Source of the DNA: Clostridia bacterium
Lineage (GTDB): Bacteria; Bacillota; Clostridia; Oscillospirales; Oscillospiraceae
DNA length: 60,370 bases
Reading direction: 5' to 3'
Assembly: GCA_024404825.1 (NCBI GenBank)
Contig: JAKSPM010000001.1
Span: 1-60,370 of the forward strand
In this document: piece after piece, positions 17,488-28,756 of the stretch
Layout of the letters: the number at the start of each line of letters is the position of its first letter
Position numbering within the stretch: the first letter of the stretch is position 1
Translations under genes and position numbers: made by a program
Notes under the pieces: generated by a model
Seen by the model: the letters and a program-made list of their open reading frames with translations, nothing else
Databases searched by the model: none
What the model was told of the DNA's origin: nothing

Positions 17488-18471
17488 ATGAAACGGATCA
17501 TTGCAATTTTTCTTCTTTTCTGCCTGCTGTTTTGCGGCTGCCACAGCGCGCAAAAGCAGCCTGTGCAGACGGAAACCGTAACCGAATCTGCAACCGTTGT
17601 GACCGAGCAAGCCGAGCTTGTTTGCAGGCCGCTTTTATACAAGGTCACATCGGAAGGCGGCGGAACGCTTTACCTGTTCGGCTCGATCCACGCCGCGGAC
17701 AAGCGGGCAAAGCCCCTGCCCGGGTTTGTTATGGATGCCTATCGGGAAAGCAGCTATCTGGCCGTGGAATGTGACACCGTTGCGCTGACGGAGGATATGG
17801 ATCGACAGATACAGCTTATGATGGCTTTTTTGTGCGAGAGCGGAATGAAAACCGAAGATTATCTCGGAAATGTGCTCTATACAAAGCTGAAAGATTATCT
17901 TTCGACACAGGGGCTTTATGCACCTGCCTATGATCTTTATACCCCTGCAATGTGGATGTCGCTGGCGGAAAACGCGATCGTCGAGCAGGCCGGGCTCGAT
18001 GCGAACAAGGGCATCGACACCCAACTGCTGAAAAAAGCGCATAAGGAGGAAAAAGAGATTCGCGAGGTCGAATCCGCAGAGTTCCAATATACGCTTTTGG
18101 CAAATTTAGATCTGCAGCTGCTGTGCATAATGCTGGAGGAATATGTCGATCACGCCGAGGACGAGGTCGCAGCCCTGACCGGGATGTATGAGGCATGGCT
18201 CGCCGGGGATGAAGAAGCACTCCTTTCCCTCGTTTCCGAGGATGCACCGGAGGAGCTGACGGAGGAAGAGCTGGCGCTGTACGAGAACTACAACAAGGCG
18301 ATGATCACCGACCGCAACCTCCATATGCTTGAGGTTGCCGAGGGATACCTGAAAGAAAAGACGACCGGGTTTATGGTCGTCGGTGCAGCCCATGTGCTGG
18401 GCGATGGCGCCCTTGTTTCCCTGCTGCAAGAGCGCGGTTATACCGTGGAGCTTGTTGCTCCGTATGATTAA
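17488..18471 (+). CDS. TraB/GumN family lipoprotein
   Basis: ORF 17452-18471 trimmed to MKRIIAIFLLFCLLFCGC (lipobox), because the promoter -10 lies at 17455-17460. Family motifs LFGSIHAAD and GAAHVLG are present. Confidence 0.65.
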   Translation: MKRIIAIFLLFCLLFCGCHSAQKQPVQTETVTESATVVTEQAELVCRPLLYKVTSEGGGTLYLFGSIHAADKRAKPLPGFVMDAYRESSYLAVECDTVALTEDMDRQIQLMMAFLCESGMKTEDYLGNVLYTKLKDYLSTQGLYAPAYDLYTPAMWMSLAENAIVEQAGLDANKGIDTQLLKKAHKEEKEIREVESAEFQYTLLANLDLQLLCIMLEEYVDHAEDEVAALTGMYEAWLAGDEEALLSLVSEDAPEELTEEELALYENYNKAMITDRNLHMLEVAEGYLKEKTTGFMVVGAAHVLGDGALVSLLQERGYTVELVAPYD

Positions 18472-18517
18472 AAAAATACAACAAAAAAGAGCTGTAAAAA
18501 AACTCTCACAAAAAAAA

Positions 18518-18553
18518 GACAGAAGTCTGCAAAAGCAGGCTTCTGTCTTTTTT
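18518..18553. terminator. bidirectional intrinsic terminator between convergent genes
   Basis: AAAAAAAA-GACAGAAGTCTGC-aaaa-GCAGGCTTCTGTC-TTTTTT. Confidence 0.75.
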
Positions 18554-18560
18554 GATGAAA

Positions 18561-20009
18561 TTACAGACGCGCAAGAATTGCAAGCAGATAATCCCAGGTG
18601 CGCTTTGTCGAATCTAAGCTCAGCTTTTCGCGGGTGGTGTGGATGTCCTCCATATCGGGACCGAAGGAGACTGCGTCAAGCCCGGGCAGCTTATCCGAGA
18701 GAATGCCGCATTCCAGACCTGCGTGGATGGCCTCAACAACGGGCTTGTGACCGTAAAGCTCCTCAAAGACCTCAATCATCAAGGGGCGCAGGCGGGAGTC
18801 TTCACAGTATTCCCATGCGGGATACTCTCCCATCTGAGAATATCGAGCGCCGAAATCTGCGGCGATCTTGCGAAGGGTGCCGATGAGTTCCTCTTTTTCG
18901 ATATTGACGGAGCTGCGGACGGAGAAGGTCATTTTCATCTCGGTTTCGCCCATCTCAAGAATGCCCATGTTCAAAGAGGTCTGCACAAGGCCTTCGATCT
19001 TGTCGCTCATCTTCTGCACACCGTTGGGAAGCTTGCTAAGGAGCTTGACTGCACGCAGGGAATCCAACACGGAAAGAGTATTTTTTGTCTGCTTTCCGCA
19101 GTTTTCGGCATTTACGCGGAGATTTGCTTCCACGTCTTTATGCTCTGCAAGAAGCACCGTTTTTGCACCGGAAAGAGCAAGCTCAAAATCAGAGACGGCC
19201 GTTTCGTCTACCAGCAGCTCGGCAACGGTGGCACGCGGGATGGCATTGTCCTTCTGACCGCCGGAAAGGCTGACGAGACGAGCAGGTGCATTGGAAAGAA
19301 CACTGTCCAAAAGCTCTGCCATGAGCTTGTTGGAGTTGAGCCTACCCTTGTTGATTTCGACGCCCGAATGGCCGCCCTGCAGGCCGTCAACGATGATGCG
19401 GTATGTAACGCCGTTTGCGCTCTTGCGTGCCAGAGGAAGCAGTACCGTAGAGGTTGCGCCGCCGGCGCAGCTAACGGTCAGGATCCCCTCGTCCTCGGAG
19501 TCAATGTTGAGAAGAAGTCTTCCCCTGATATCGGAAAGGTCGATCGCCGCAGCGCCGAGCATTCCGATCTCTTCATCCACGGTGAAGATCGCCTCGACGG
19601 GCGGATGGGCGATGGTATCGGATGCAAGAATTGCAAGGCAATAGGCAACGGCAATGCCGTCATCGCCGCCGAGGGTCGTCCCCTTGGCATAGAGCTTGCC
19701 GTCCTTGACATCTAAGCGCAGGCCGTCCTTGGAAAAATCAATATCACAGTCTGCATCCTTTTCGCAGACCATGTCCAGGTGTCCCTGCAAAATCACAGGT
19801 GCATGGTCTTCATAGCCCGGTGTGCCGTTCTTCCAGATGATCACATTATTGCTCTCGTCCTGACGGTACTTCAGGCCGCGTGCTTCGGCAAAGCGGACGC
19901 AGTAGTCGGAGATGGCTTTGGTATCGCGCGAGCTGTGCGGGATGGCACAGAGCTGTTCAAAATAATACAGAGCCTCTTTGGGCTCATAAGCGGATAAGAC
20001 AGATTGCAT
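18561..20009 (-). CDS. pepD: aminoacyl-histidine (Xaa-His) dipeptidase, M20 family
   Basis: 482 aa. IPHSSRDTKAISDY, LQGHLDMVCEK and AKGTTLGGDDGIAVA are typical PepD motifs. Confidence 0.85.
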   Translation of the reverse strand: MQSVLSAYEPKEALYYFEQLCAIPHSSRDTKAISDYCVRFAEARGLKYRQDESNNVIIWKNGTPGYEDHAPVILQGHLDMVCEKDADCDIDFSKDGLRLDVKDGKLYAKGTTLGGDDGIAVAYCLAILASDTIAHPPVEAIFTVDEEIGMLGAAAIDLSDIRGRLLLNIDSEDEGILTVSCAGGATSTVLLPLARKSANGVTYRIIVDGLQGGHSGVEINKGRLNSNKLMAELLDSVLSNAPARLVSLSGGQKDNAIPRATVAELLVDETAVSDFELALSGAKTVLLAEHKDVEANLRVNAENCGKQTKNTLSVLDSLRAVKLLSKLPNGVQKMSDKIEGLVQTSLNMGILEMGETEMKMTFSVRSSVNIEKEELIGTLRKIAADFGARYSQMGEYPAWEYCEDSRLRPLMIEVFEELYGHKPVVEAIHAGLECGILSDKLPGLDAVSFGPDMEDIHTTREKLSLDSTKRTWDYLLAILARL

Positions 20010-20167
20010 GAGATCTCCTCCTGTTTTTTATGTATTTTATTCTAACACAATCATCCCAAATTGTCTATCCTTCACAAATTTTTCCGCAAATAACGAAATT
20101 CCCGTTATTTTGTCTTTTCACAAGTCAAATATGCACTATATCTAGTTTTCCGGAACTGTTTTCTCAC

Positions 20168-20196
20168 TTGAAATTTTAAGAAGAAAACAGTATACT
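20168..20196 (+). promoter_or_regulatory. sigma-A type promoter of the atp operon
   Basis: TTGAAA (20168-20173), a 17-nt spacer, then TATACT (20191-20196). Confidence 0.5.
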
Positions 20197-20251
20197 ATCT
20201 ATAATGCGAAAAAATTGTGATTTTCTGCGCCAGAGGGAAACGGAGCGAGCC

Positions 20252-20518
20252 ATGAAACTGCCGATGAAGGGTCTTCGTGAATTTATCTACTACACCCAAA
20301 TGGGGTTTTCTCTGGTCATTCCTCCCCTGCTTCTGATCTGGCTCAGTGTGGGACTTCGCAAGTGGTTTTCGCTCGGCGTGTGGGTCACGGTGGTCGCCAT
20401 CGTCATCGGAATATTGGTGCTTTGCGCGACGGCTGCTTCTTATTTCCGGGAATTTCGGAAAAAGCAGGATAAGGCAAAGGATGATCCCCCGCGTACTTCA
20501 TTTAATTCTCACGATTGA
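20252..20518 (+). CDS. AtpZ/AtpI-family small membrane protein (ATP synthase gene 1 type)
   Basis: ORF 20204-20518 trimmed to the ATG at 20252, which has a GGAG RBS; the 20204 start lies only 8 nt after the -10 box. Two TM helices. It is the first gene of the atp operon. Confidence 0.55.
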   Translation: MKLPMKGLREFIYYTQMGFSLVIPPLLLIWLSVGLRKWFSLGVWVTVVAIVIGILVLCATAASYFREFRKKQDKAKDDPPRTSFNSHD

Positions 20519-20531
20519 TAAGGAGCTTCCC

Positions 20532-20990
20532 ATGAAGCTGTCACCGAATCTGAAAAAAGAGATCCTGCACATTGCCGTCGGCGTGATTTTGCTTTGCATT
20601 GCGGCAAATGCGATCTACCTCGGTATTGTGTTCGGATTCCATTTCAAATATGATCCGAAGATCACGTTCGGCTCCATTTTAGGCAGCGCCTATGCGATCT
20701 TCAACTTCTATTTGCAGGCACGTAGCGTGCAAAACGCGATCAACGCAGGCGATCAGGGCGCGATTTTGCTGCGCAAGAGCTATTCCCTTCGGATGCTCGG
20801 CATCGTAGCACTGCTTGTGATCAGCTTTGTATTAAAAAAATATGTCAGCATTCTCGCGGTTGCGGTCTGCTTGCTGTTCCCGCGAATCACGATTTTCTTC
20901 ATGCAGCTGTTCGGAATGTATAAGCCCGAGCAGTTAGATCAGGCAGATATGTCCGAGGAAGAAAAGGAGGTGCCGGAAGACAATGGGTAA
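20532..20990 (+). CDS. atpI: ATP synthase subunit I
   Basis: ORF 20346-20990 trimmed to MKLSPNLKKE, which has an AGGAG RBS. Hydrophobic 4-TM protein upstream of atpB. Confidence 0.6.
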   Translation: MKLSPNLKKEILHIAVGVILLCIAANAIYLGIVFGFHFKYDPKITFGSILGSAYAIFNFYLQARSVQNAINAGDQGAILLRKSYSLRMLGIVALLVISFVLKKYVSILAVAVCLLFPRITIFFMQLFGMYKPEQLDQADMSEEEKEVPEDNG

Positions 20991-21966
20991 TATTGCCGAA
21001 AGAATCCACGGTTCAACAATCCTGTTTTCGATCCAAATCGGAAAAGTCAATATTTTTGTCCTGTTCGGCATTCTCTTTGGGTTAGCCGTTCTGCTGACGG
21101 CACTTTGGGGTCTGCTTTCCAAGGGCTTCAAAAAGAAAATGATCGACACACTCGGCTTTGCCCTTTCGACCAAAGGCCTCGTCATCGGCACCTGGGTCGT
21201 TGCGCTGCTGCTTGCCGGCGTGATCGGCCTTGTGACGGATTGGTTCAAGGTCAAGACCGTCAACCTCGGTTCAATTCCCATCTCCACAACGCTGGTTGTG
21301 ACCTGGGGCGTGATGATCGTTCTGACCGGCCTGTGCATCTTCCTGACAAGAGATCTTCGCGTGCGGGATGTTTCCGTGCGTCAGACCATTGCGGAGTATG
21401 TGGTCAACACCGTGGAAAACATGGTCAAGTCGAACATGGGTCCGCAGTATGAACACTATGCTCCGTTTATCTGCGGCATCTTCGCAATGTCCGTATTTTG
21501 CAGTCTTTCCGCCCTGCTCGGCTTAGAGCCGCCGACGGCGGATGTCAATACAGAGCTCGGCTGGGCGATCTTCGTGTTCTTCCTCATTACGAAAACCAAG
21601 ATCGCGACCAACGGTCTGCTCGGCTACGGAAAGAGCTTCCTTGACCCCATCTTTGTGATGGCGCCGTTCAATGTGCTCGGCGAAGTGTTCAAGCCGGTCT
21701 CCATGTCCTTCCGTCACTTCGGCAACGTCCTTTCCGGCTCCGTTATCAGCGCGCTGCTGTATGCAGCCCTGGCCGCCGCAAGCGCCGCACTTCTGAGCCT
21801 GATCCCCGGCATGGTCGGCGATGTTTTGAGCCGCATCCCGATTTTCGATGTCGGTATTCCCGCAATTTTGTCCGTCTATTTTGACTGGTTCAGCGGTGTC
21901 ATGCAGGCGTTTATCTTCTGCATGCTCTCAATGATGTTTATTTCCGCAGCGGCTGAAAAAGACTAA
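20983..21966 (+). CDS. atpB: F0F1 ATP synthase subunit a, with an unusually long N-terminal membrane extension
   Basis: The conserved stator arginine is in SMSFRHFGNVLSG. At 327 aa it exceeds the roughly 230-270 aa I expect, and the extra ~100 aa are N-terminal and hydrophobic. Confidence 0.85.
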   Translation: MGNIAERIHGSTILFSIQIGKVNIFVLFGILFGLAVLLTALWGLLSKGFKKKMIDTLGFALSTKGLVIGTWVVALLLAGVIGLVTDWFKVKTVNLGSIPISTTLVVTWGVMIVLTGLCIFLTRDLRVRDVSVRQTIAEYVVNTVENMVKSNMGPQYEHYAPFICGIFAMSVFCSLSALLGLEPPTADVNTELGWAIFVFFLITKTKIATNGLLGYGKSFLDPIFVMAPFNVLGEVFKPVSMSFRHFGNVLSGSVISALLYAALAAASAALLSLIPGMVGDVLSRIPIFDVGIPAILSVYFDWFSGVMQAFIFCMLSMMFISAAAEKD

Positions 21967-22001
21967 CGCGGTAATATAATAAAGTTACACACAAGTTTTA
22001 G

Positions 22002-22286
<285 letters not shown>

Positions 22287-22328
22287 GCCGATCAAAAACG
22301 CATTTTATCTCTGTAAGGAGGAACAACT

Positions 22329-22853
22329 ATGGAACTTCTTTTCCTCGCCGGTAACGTGCAGGATCTTGTTGAAGTCGTTCCTTGGACGATCGTTGCCCAG
22401 CTCTGCAACCTCCTGATCCAGGTATACCTGTTCAAGCGTTTCCTGTTTGAGCCCGTCAAAAAGGTCATCAAGCAGCGTCAGGATGAGATCAACGGCATCT
22501 ATACCTCTGCCGAAGAGGCCGACGAAAAAGCACAGGCTGCCAAAAAGGACTATGAAGGTCTGATGGAGGGTGCGAAAACGGAAGCTGCGCAGATCATGAA
22601 GGATGCAACTTCCAGCGCCCAGACCCGCAGCTCCGAAATCATTTCCGAAGCAAAGCAGGAGGCTGCCGCCATCCGCAAAAAGGCTTCGGCTGACATTGAG
22701 CTTGAAAAGAAAAAGGCACTCAACGATGTCAAAGACGATATCTCCACGATTGCAATGGATATCGCCGAGAAGGTTGTTGAAAAAGAGATCAGCAAAGAAG
22801 ACCAGACGGCGCTCATTGCCGACTTCATTCAGAAAATGGGTGACGAGCAATGA
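22329..22853 (+). CDS. atpF: F0F1 ATP synthase subunit b
   Basis: N-terminal TM helix followed by a long charged helix, in the correct operon position. Confidence 0.85.
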   Translation: MELLFLAGNVQDLVEVVPWTIVAQLCNLLIQVYLFKRFLFEPVKKVIKQRQDEINGIYTSAEEADEKAQAAKKDYEGLMEGAKTEAAQIMKDATSSAQTRSSEIISEAKQEAAAIRKKASADIELEKKKALNDVKDDISTIAMDIAEKVVEKEISKEDQTALIADFIQKMGDEQ

Positions 22854-23389
22854 CACAAACTGCAAAGAATTACGGCGGTGCGTTGTATGATCTTGCCAAG
22901 GAGGATGGCCTGGAGGCCGAGATTCTCAAGGAGCTTCAGGTGATCGACGGCTGTTTCGGAGCAGAAGCTGACTATGTGAAGCTGCTTGCGACCGCTTCCG
23001 TCCCGAAGCAGGAGCGCCGGGATATTTTAGAGCGCGACTTCGGCGGAAAAATCCAGCCCTATGTGCTGAATTTCCTGATGCTGCTCACAGAGCGCGGCTA
23101 CATCCGTGAATTCCACGGCTGTGCAGAAGTTTTCCGGCACCGCTATAACGAAGACGCCGGAATTTTGGAGGCTGTGGCTGTCACGGCCATTCCCCTGCCT
23201 AGTGATCTTCGGGAAAAGCTTCTGAAAAAGCTCTCCGGCACCACCGGCAAAAAAATCGACCTGTGCGAGCGCATCGACCCTTCCGTTCTCGGCGGCATCC
23301 GCCTGGAGATGGACGGGCAGCAGCTTGACGGCACCGTCCGTCACAGGCTCGACGATATTCGAAAAATCCTCGGCGATACAGTCCTGTAA
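22850..23389 (+). CDS. atpH: F0F1 ATP synthase subunit delta
   Basis: 179-aa OSCP/delta pattern (YGGALYDLA .. GGIRLEMDGQQLDGTVR). Confidence 0.85.
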   Translation: MTQTAKNYGGALYDLAKEDGLEAEILKELQVIDGCFGAEADYVKLLATASVPKQERRDILERDFGGKIQPYVLNFLMLLTERGYIREFHGCAEVFRHRYNEDAGILEAVAVTAIPLPSDLREKLLKKLSGTTGKKIDLCERIDPSVLGGIRLEMDGQQLDGTVRHRLDDIRKILGDTVL

Positions 23390-23454
23390 TCTTTTACCGC
23401 ACGACGCGGTGCCGGCGTTCCGGCAAAAAGCATCGTTAAGAAAGTTGGTAGAGC

Positions 23455-24969
23455 ATGGAACTCAGACCAGAAGAAATTACCAAAATCATTCGCTCTGAAA
23501 TCAAAAACTATGCCGCTCAGATCGAGCGCAGCGAAACAGGCACGGTCATCCTTGTCGGCGACGGCATTGCACGTGTGACCGGCCTTGATAAATGCATGGT
23601 CAATGAGCTGATCGAATTCCCCAACGGCAGCTTCGGCATGGCGCAGAACTTAGAGGAAAACTCTGTTTCAGTCGTCATTCTCGGCTCCGATGCGGGAATC
23701 CGTGAGGGTGACACGGTCAAGCGTACCGGCAAGGTCGTTTCCGTTCCCGTCGGAGAAGCTCTGATCGGCCGCGTGGTCAACGCCCTCGGCCAGCCCATCG
23801 ACGGCAAGGGTCACATTGATTCGGCTCAATATCGTCCCATCGAAAGCCCTGCACCCGGCATCATTGAGCGTCTTTCCGTCTCCGAGCCGCTGCAGACCGG
23901 CATCAAGGCGATCGACTCCATGATCCCGATCGGCCGAGGTCAGCGTGAGCTCATCATCGGCGACCGTCAGACCGGCAAAACGACCATTGCAACCGATACC
24001 ATCATCAACCAGAAGGGCAAGGATGTCATCTGCATCTATGTTTCCATCGGTCAGAAGCGTTCGACCGTGGCACAGATCGTCAACACCTTTACCAAGGCCG
24101 GCGCGATGGATTATACCATCGTTGTCTCCGCAACTGCCTCCGAGCTTGCTCCCATGCAGTACATTGCGCCCTACGCAGGCTGTGCAATGGGCGAATACTT
24201 CATGGCACAGGGCAAGGACGTGCTCGTTGTCTATGACGACTTGAGCAAGCACGCAGTTGCTTACCGCGCCATTTCCCTTTTGATCCGCCGTCCGCCCGGA
24301 CGTGAAGCCTATCCCGGCGACGTCTTCTATCTGCACTCCCGTCTTTTGGAGCGTGCAGCACGCATCGCACCGGAATTCGGCGGCGGCTCTCTGACTGCCC
24401 TTCCCATCATCGAAACCCAGGCGGGTGACGTTTCCGCCTACATCCCGACGAACGTCATTTCCATCACCGACGGTCAGATTTTCCTGGAGACCGAGCTGTT
24501 CCACGCAGGCATCATGCCCGCTGTCAACCCCGGTATCTCCGTCTCCCGTGTCGGCGGCAACGCACAGATCAAGGCCATGAAAAAGGTCGCAGGCTCTCTG
24601 AAGCTTTTGTATTCACAGTACCGCGAGCTGCAGAGCTTCGCGCAGTTTGGCTCCGACCTCGATCAGGACACCAAGGACAGACTGGCGCAGGGCGAACGCA
24701 TCGTGGAAGTCCTGAAGCAGCGCAACAACTCCCCTGTGGAGGTCGCGCATCAGGTCTGCATCATCTATGCCGTTGTCAATGACTACCTCAAGGACATTGC
24801 CGTTTCCGACATTGCAAACTTTGAGGCCGGTCTTTACCGCTGGATGGATGACCGTTACTACAACGTGCTGACGCAGATCCGCAAGACCCGTCAGCTCGAC
24901 AAGGAAACCGAAGCTGCTTTGAAGGAAGCTCTGCAGGGCTATGTTGCAGACTTCCTCAAGAAAAACTAA
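23455..24969 (+). CDS. atpA: F0F1 ATP synthase subunit alpha
   Basis: Walker A GDRQTGKT. 504 aa. Confidence 0.95.
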   Translation: MELRPEEITKIIRSEIKNYAAQIERSETGTVILVGDGIARVTGLDKCMVNELIEFPNGSFGMAQNLEENSVSVVILGSDAGIREGDTVKRTGKVVSVPVGEALIGRVVNALGQPIDGKGHIDSAQYRPIESPAPGIIERLSVSEPLQTGIKAIDSMIPIGRGQRELIIGDRQTGKTTIATDTIINQKGKDVICIYVSIGQKRSTVAQIVNTFTKAGAMDYTIVVSATASELAPMQYIAPYAGCAMGEYFMAQGKDVLVVYDDLSKHAVAYRAISLLIRRPPGREAYPGDVFYLHSRLLERAARIAPEFGGGSLTALPIIETQAGDVSAYIPTNVISITDGQIFLETELFHAGIMPAVNPGISVSRVGGNAQIKAMKKVAGSLKLLYSQYRELQSFAQFGSDLDQDTKDRLAQGERIVEVLKQRNNSPVEVAHQVCIIYAVVNDYLKDIAVSDIANFEAGLYRWMDDRYYNVLTQIRKTRQLDKETEAALKEALQGYVADFLKKN

Positions 24970-24986
24970 GGAAGGGGTAATTCAGC

Positions 24987-25841
24987 ATGGCCGGCGTATC
25001 CATGAAAGATATCAAGCTCCGCATCAAGAGCATGGAATCGACAAAGCAGATCACCAAGGCCATGGAAATGGTTGCTGCTTCCAAGCTGCGCAAGGCGCAG
25101 AACCGCGCCATTGCAAGCCGTCCCTATTTTGAGACCCTCTATTCCACCTTCACTGATATTGCAGGAAACATTCAGGATTTTTCCTCTCCTTATACCCAAA
25201 AACGTGATGTTAAAAAATCCTGCTATATCGTCATTGCCGGTGACCGCGGCCTTGCCGGAGGTTACAACAGCAATATTCTGAAGATGGTCTACGCACAAAT
25301 GGAGGGAAAGGACGTCTGCGTTTTGCCCATCGGCAAAAAAGCGGTGGAGTTCTTCCGTCTGCGGAAGGTTCCGATCGTCTCTGAGGCCTATGCGGAAGCA
25401 GCCGACATCACCATCGGCGACTGTTTCACCATGGCAAAGCTCCTTTCCAAGGAGTTTTTGAAGGGCGAATTTGATGAGCTGATCCTCGGCTACACCAATT
25501 TTGTCTCCATGCTTTCTCAAACCCCTGCCACCCTTCCCATGCTCCCGCTTGACAGCATCGGCAAGAGTAAAAAGAACAATCAGATCGGTCTGCTCACGAC
25601 CTATGAGCCGGATCCCGTTTCTGTTTTCAACGCTATTATCCCCGAATACCTAGGCGGCGTAATCTACGGTGCTTTGGCTGAATCGGTTGCCTCTGAACAG
25701 GCTGCCCGCCGCACCGCCATGGATTCCGCCACCAAGAATGCCGACCAGATGATTGCAGATCTCAGTCTGAAGTTTAACCGCGCCCGTCAGGGTGCGATCA
25801 CCCAGGAGATCACCGAGATCGTCGCCGGCTCGGATCAATAA
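24987..25841 (+). CDS. atpG: F0F1 ATP synthase subunit gamma
   Basis: N-terminal IKLRIKSMESTKQITKAMEMVAASKLRKAQ and C-terminal ITQEITEIVAG. Confidence 0.92.
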   Translation: MAGVSMKDIKLRIKSMESTKQITKAMEMVAASKLRKAQNRAIASRPYFETLYSTFTDIAGNIQDFSSPYTQKRDVKKSCYIVIAGDRGLAGGYNSNILKMVYAQMEGKDVCVLPIGKKAVEFFRLRKVPIVSEAYAEAADITIGDCFTMAKLLSKEFLKGEFDELILGYTNFVSMLSQTPATLPMLPLDSIGKSKKNNQIGLLTTYEPDPVSVFNAIIPEYLGGVIYGALAESVASEQAARRTAMDSATKNADQMIADLSLKFNRARQGAITQEITEIVAGSDQ

Positions 25842-25852
25842 ATCCACGATAA

Positions 25853-27262
<1,410 letters not shown>

Positions 27263-27268
27263 TACGCC

Positions 27269-27670
27269 ATGACGAAATTCCATTTGCAGATCGTCACGCC
27301 CGACGGACTCATTTATGACGGCGAAGCAGAACGCCTGAGCGTTCGCACGATTGACGGCGAGGTCGGTATTTTGGCCAATCACATTGACTATGTGACCGCC
27401 CTCGGCATGGGCGAGGCTCGGCTGCTGCTTGACGGCAAGACTCGCCGCGCTGCCTGTATCGGCGGGATGCTGTCGGTTTCCAAGGGTGAGGTCAAGCTTG
27501 TTGCCACCACCTTTGAATGGGCAGAAAACATCGACAAGGAACGTGCAGAACACGCCTACCAAAAGGCAAAGGCCGCGCTGGATGAAAAGAAGCTGTCTGA
27601 GGCCGATCTGAAAATTACGGAAGCAAAGCTCAAGCGTGCGCTTGTACGCAAGGGCGTTGCCGGAAAATAA
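27269..27670 (+). CDS. atpC: F0F1 ATP synthase subunit epsilon
   Basis: 133 aa, last gene of the operon. Typical beta-sandwich N-terminus (LQIVTPDG). Confidence 0.88.
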   Translation: MTKFHLQIVTPDGLIYDGEAERLSVRTIDGEVGILANHIDYVTALGMGEARLLLDGKTRRAACIGGMLSVSKGEVKLVATTFEWAENIDKERAEHAYQKAKAALDEKKLSEADLKITEAKLKRALVRKGVAGK

Positions 27671-27676
27671 ACTTAC

Positions 27677-27707
27677 AGGGCTGTCTCAACTTCTTTGAGA
27701 CAGCCCT
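27677..27707 (+). terminator. hairpin after atpC (13-bp stem, no U tract)
   Basis: AGGGCTGTCTCAA-cttct-TTGAGACAGCCCT. It lacks a T run, so it may be a stabiliser or a weak terminator. Confidence 0.35.
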
Positions 27708-27724
27708 CGGCATATGAGGAAACG

Positions 27725-28747
27725 ATGCAAGAACAAAGTCTTTGGAAAGTATTACAAGCTGCAAATAAGCCCATCGTCCTTTACGGCATGGGAAACGGCG
27801 CGGATAAGATCCTCGTGCTGTGTGAGAAATACGGTGTCAAGGTCTCCGGGGTCTTTGCATCTGACGGATTCGCAAGGCACAATCTCTATCACGGGTTTCC
27901 CGTGCTTTCCTATTCAGAAATGAAAGAAACGCGCAAGGATATGATCGTGCTGGTCAGCTTCGGAACGCAGCGGCCGGAGGTCATATCTCTCATTGAACAG
28001 GTTGCAACCGAGCAGGAGCTTTACTGCCCCGACACACCTGTGATCGGCGACGGTGAATTTGCGTCTTTTTATGAAGAATACCGTGAAGAATTTGATTGTT
28101 TGCGGGAACGTCTCGCGGATGAGCAATCAAGGCTCGTTTTGGATAGCTTGATCTCGTATCGGCTCAGCGGAAAAATCGATTATCTGAAAAAAGCTGAAAC
28201 TCCTGTTTCTGAGTCTTATGTTAACATATTGAAGCTTTCAGATAGTGAGAATTATTTGGATTTAGGAGCATATACAGGAGATACCGTTAAGGAATTTTTG
28301 AATTATGTTAACTCATATTCCTCCATTACCGCTGTGGAGCCGGACCGAAAAACTTTTCAAAAGCTGACGCAAAATGCCCCGTTTGCCAAGTGTATTCACG
28401 CAGCAGTTTCCGACCGGGACGGTGAGGTTTTGTTCCAAGCCGCAGCAGGTCGGCAATCCGCAATCGGCAAAAACGGAACGCCGACCTTAGCAATTTCAAT
28501 TGACGGCTTGCATAGTTCGTTTTCTTATGTTAAAATGGATGTTGAGGGTGCGGAATGCGCCGCCATCGAGGGCGGCCGGGAAACGATTGCATTATGTAAA
28601 CCGAAAATGCTGATTGCAGCCTACCACCGCACCGAAGACTATTTGGAGATTCCCCGCAAAGTACTGAATATCAACCCGGATTATCGGGTTTATATGCGCC
28701 ATCATCCCTATATCCCCGCGTGGGACACAAACTTCTATTTTGTATGA
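27725..28747 (+). CDS. FkbM family methyltransferase
   Basis: ORF trimmed to MQEQSLWKV, which has a GAGGA RBS. SAM motif YLDLGAYTGDTV. The C-terminal half is typical of the FkbM family (VKMDVEGAE). Confidence 0.65.
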   Translation: MQEQSLWKVLQAANKPIVLYGMGNGADKILVLCEKYGVKVSGVFASDGFARHNLYHGFPVLSYSEMKETRKDMIVLVSFGTQRPEVISLIEQVATEQELYCPDTPVIGDGEFASFYEEYREEFDCLRERLADEQSRLVLDSLISYRLSGKIDYLKKAETPVSESYVNILKLSDSENYLDLGAYTGDTVKEFLNYVNSYSSITAVEPDRKTFQKLTQNAPFAKCIHAAVSDRDGEVLFQAAAGRQSAIGKNGTPTLAISIDGLHSSFSYVKMDVEGAECAAIEGGRETIALCKPKMLIAAYHRTEDYLEIPRKVLNINPDYRVYMRHHPYIPAWDTNFYFV

Positions 28748-28756
28748 GGTGAAATT

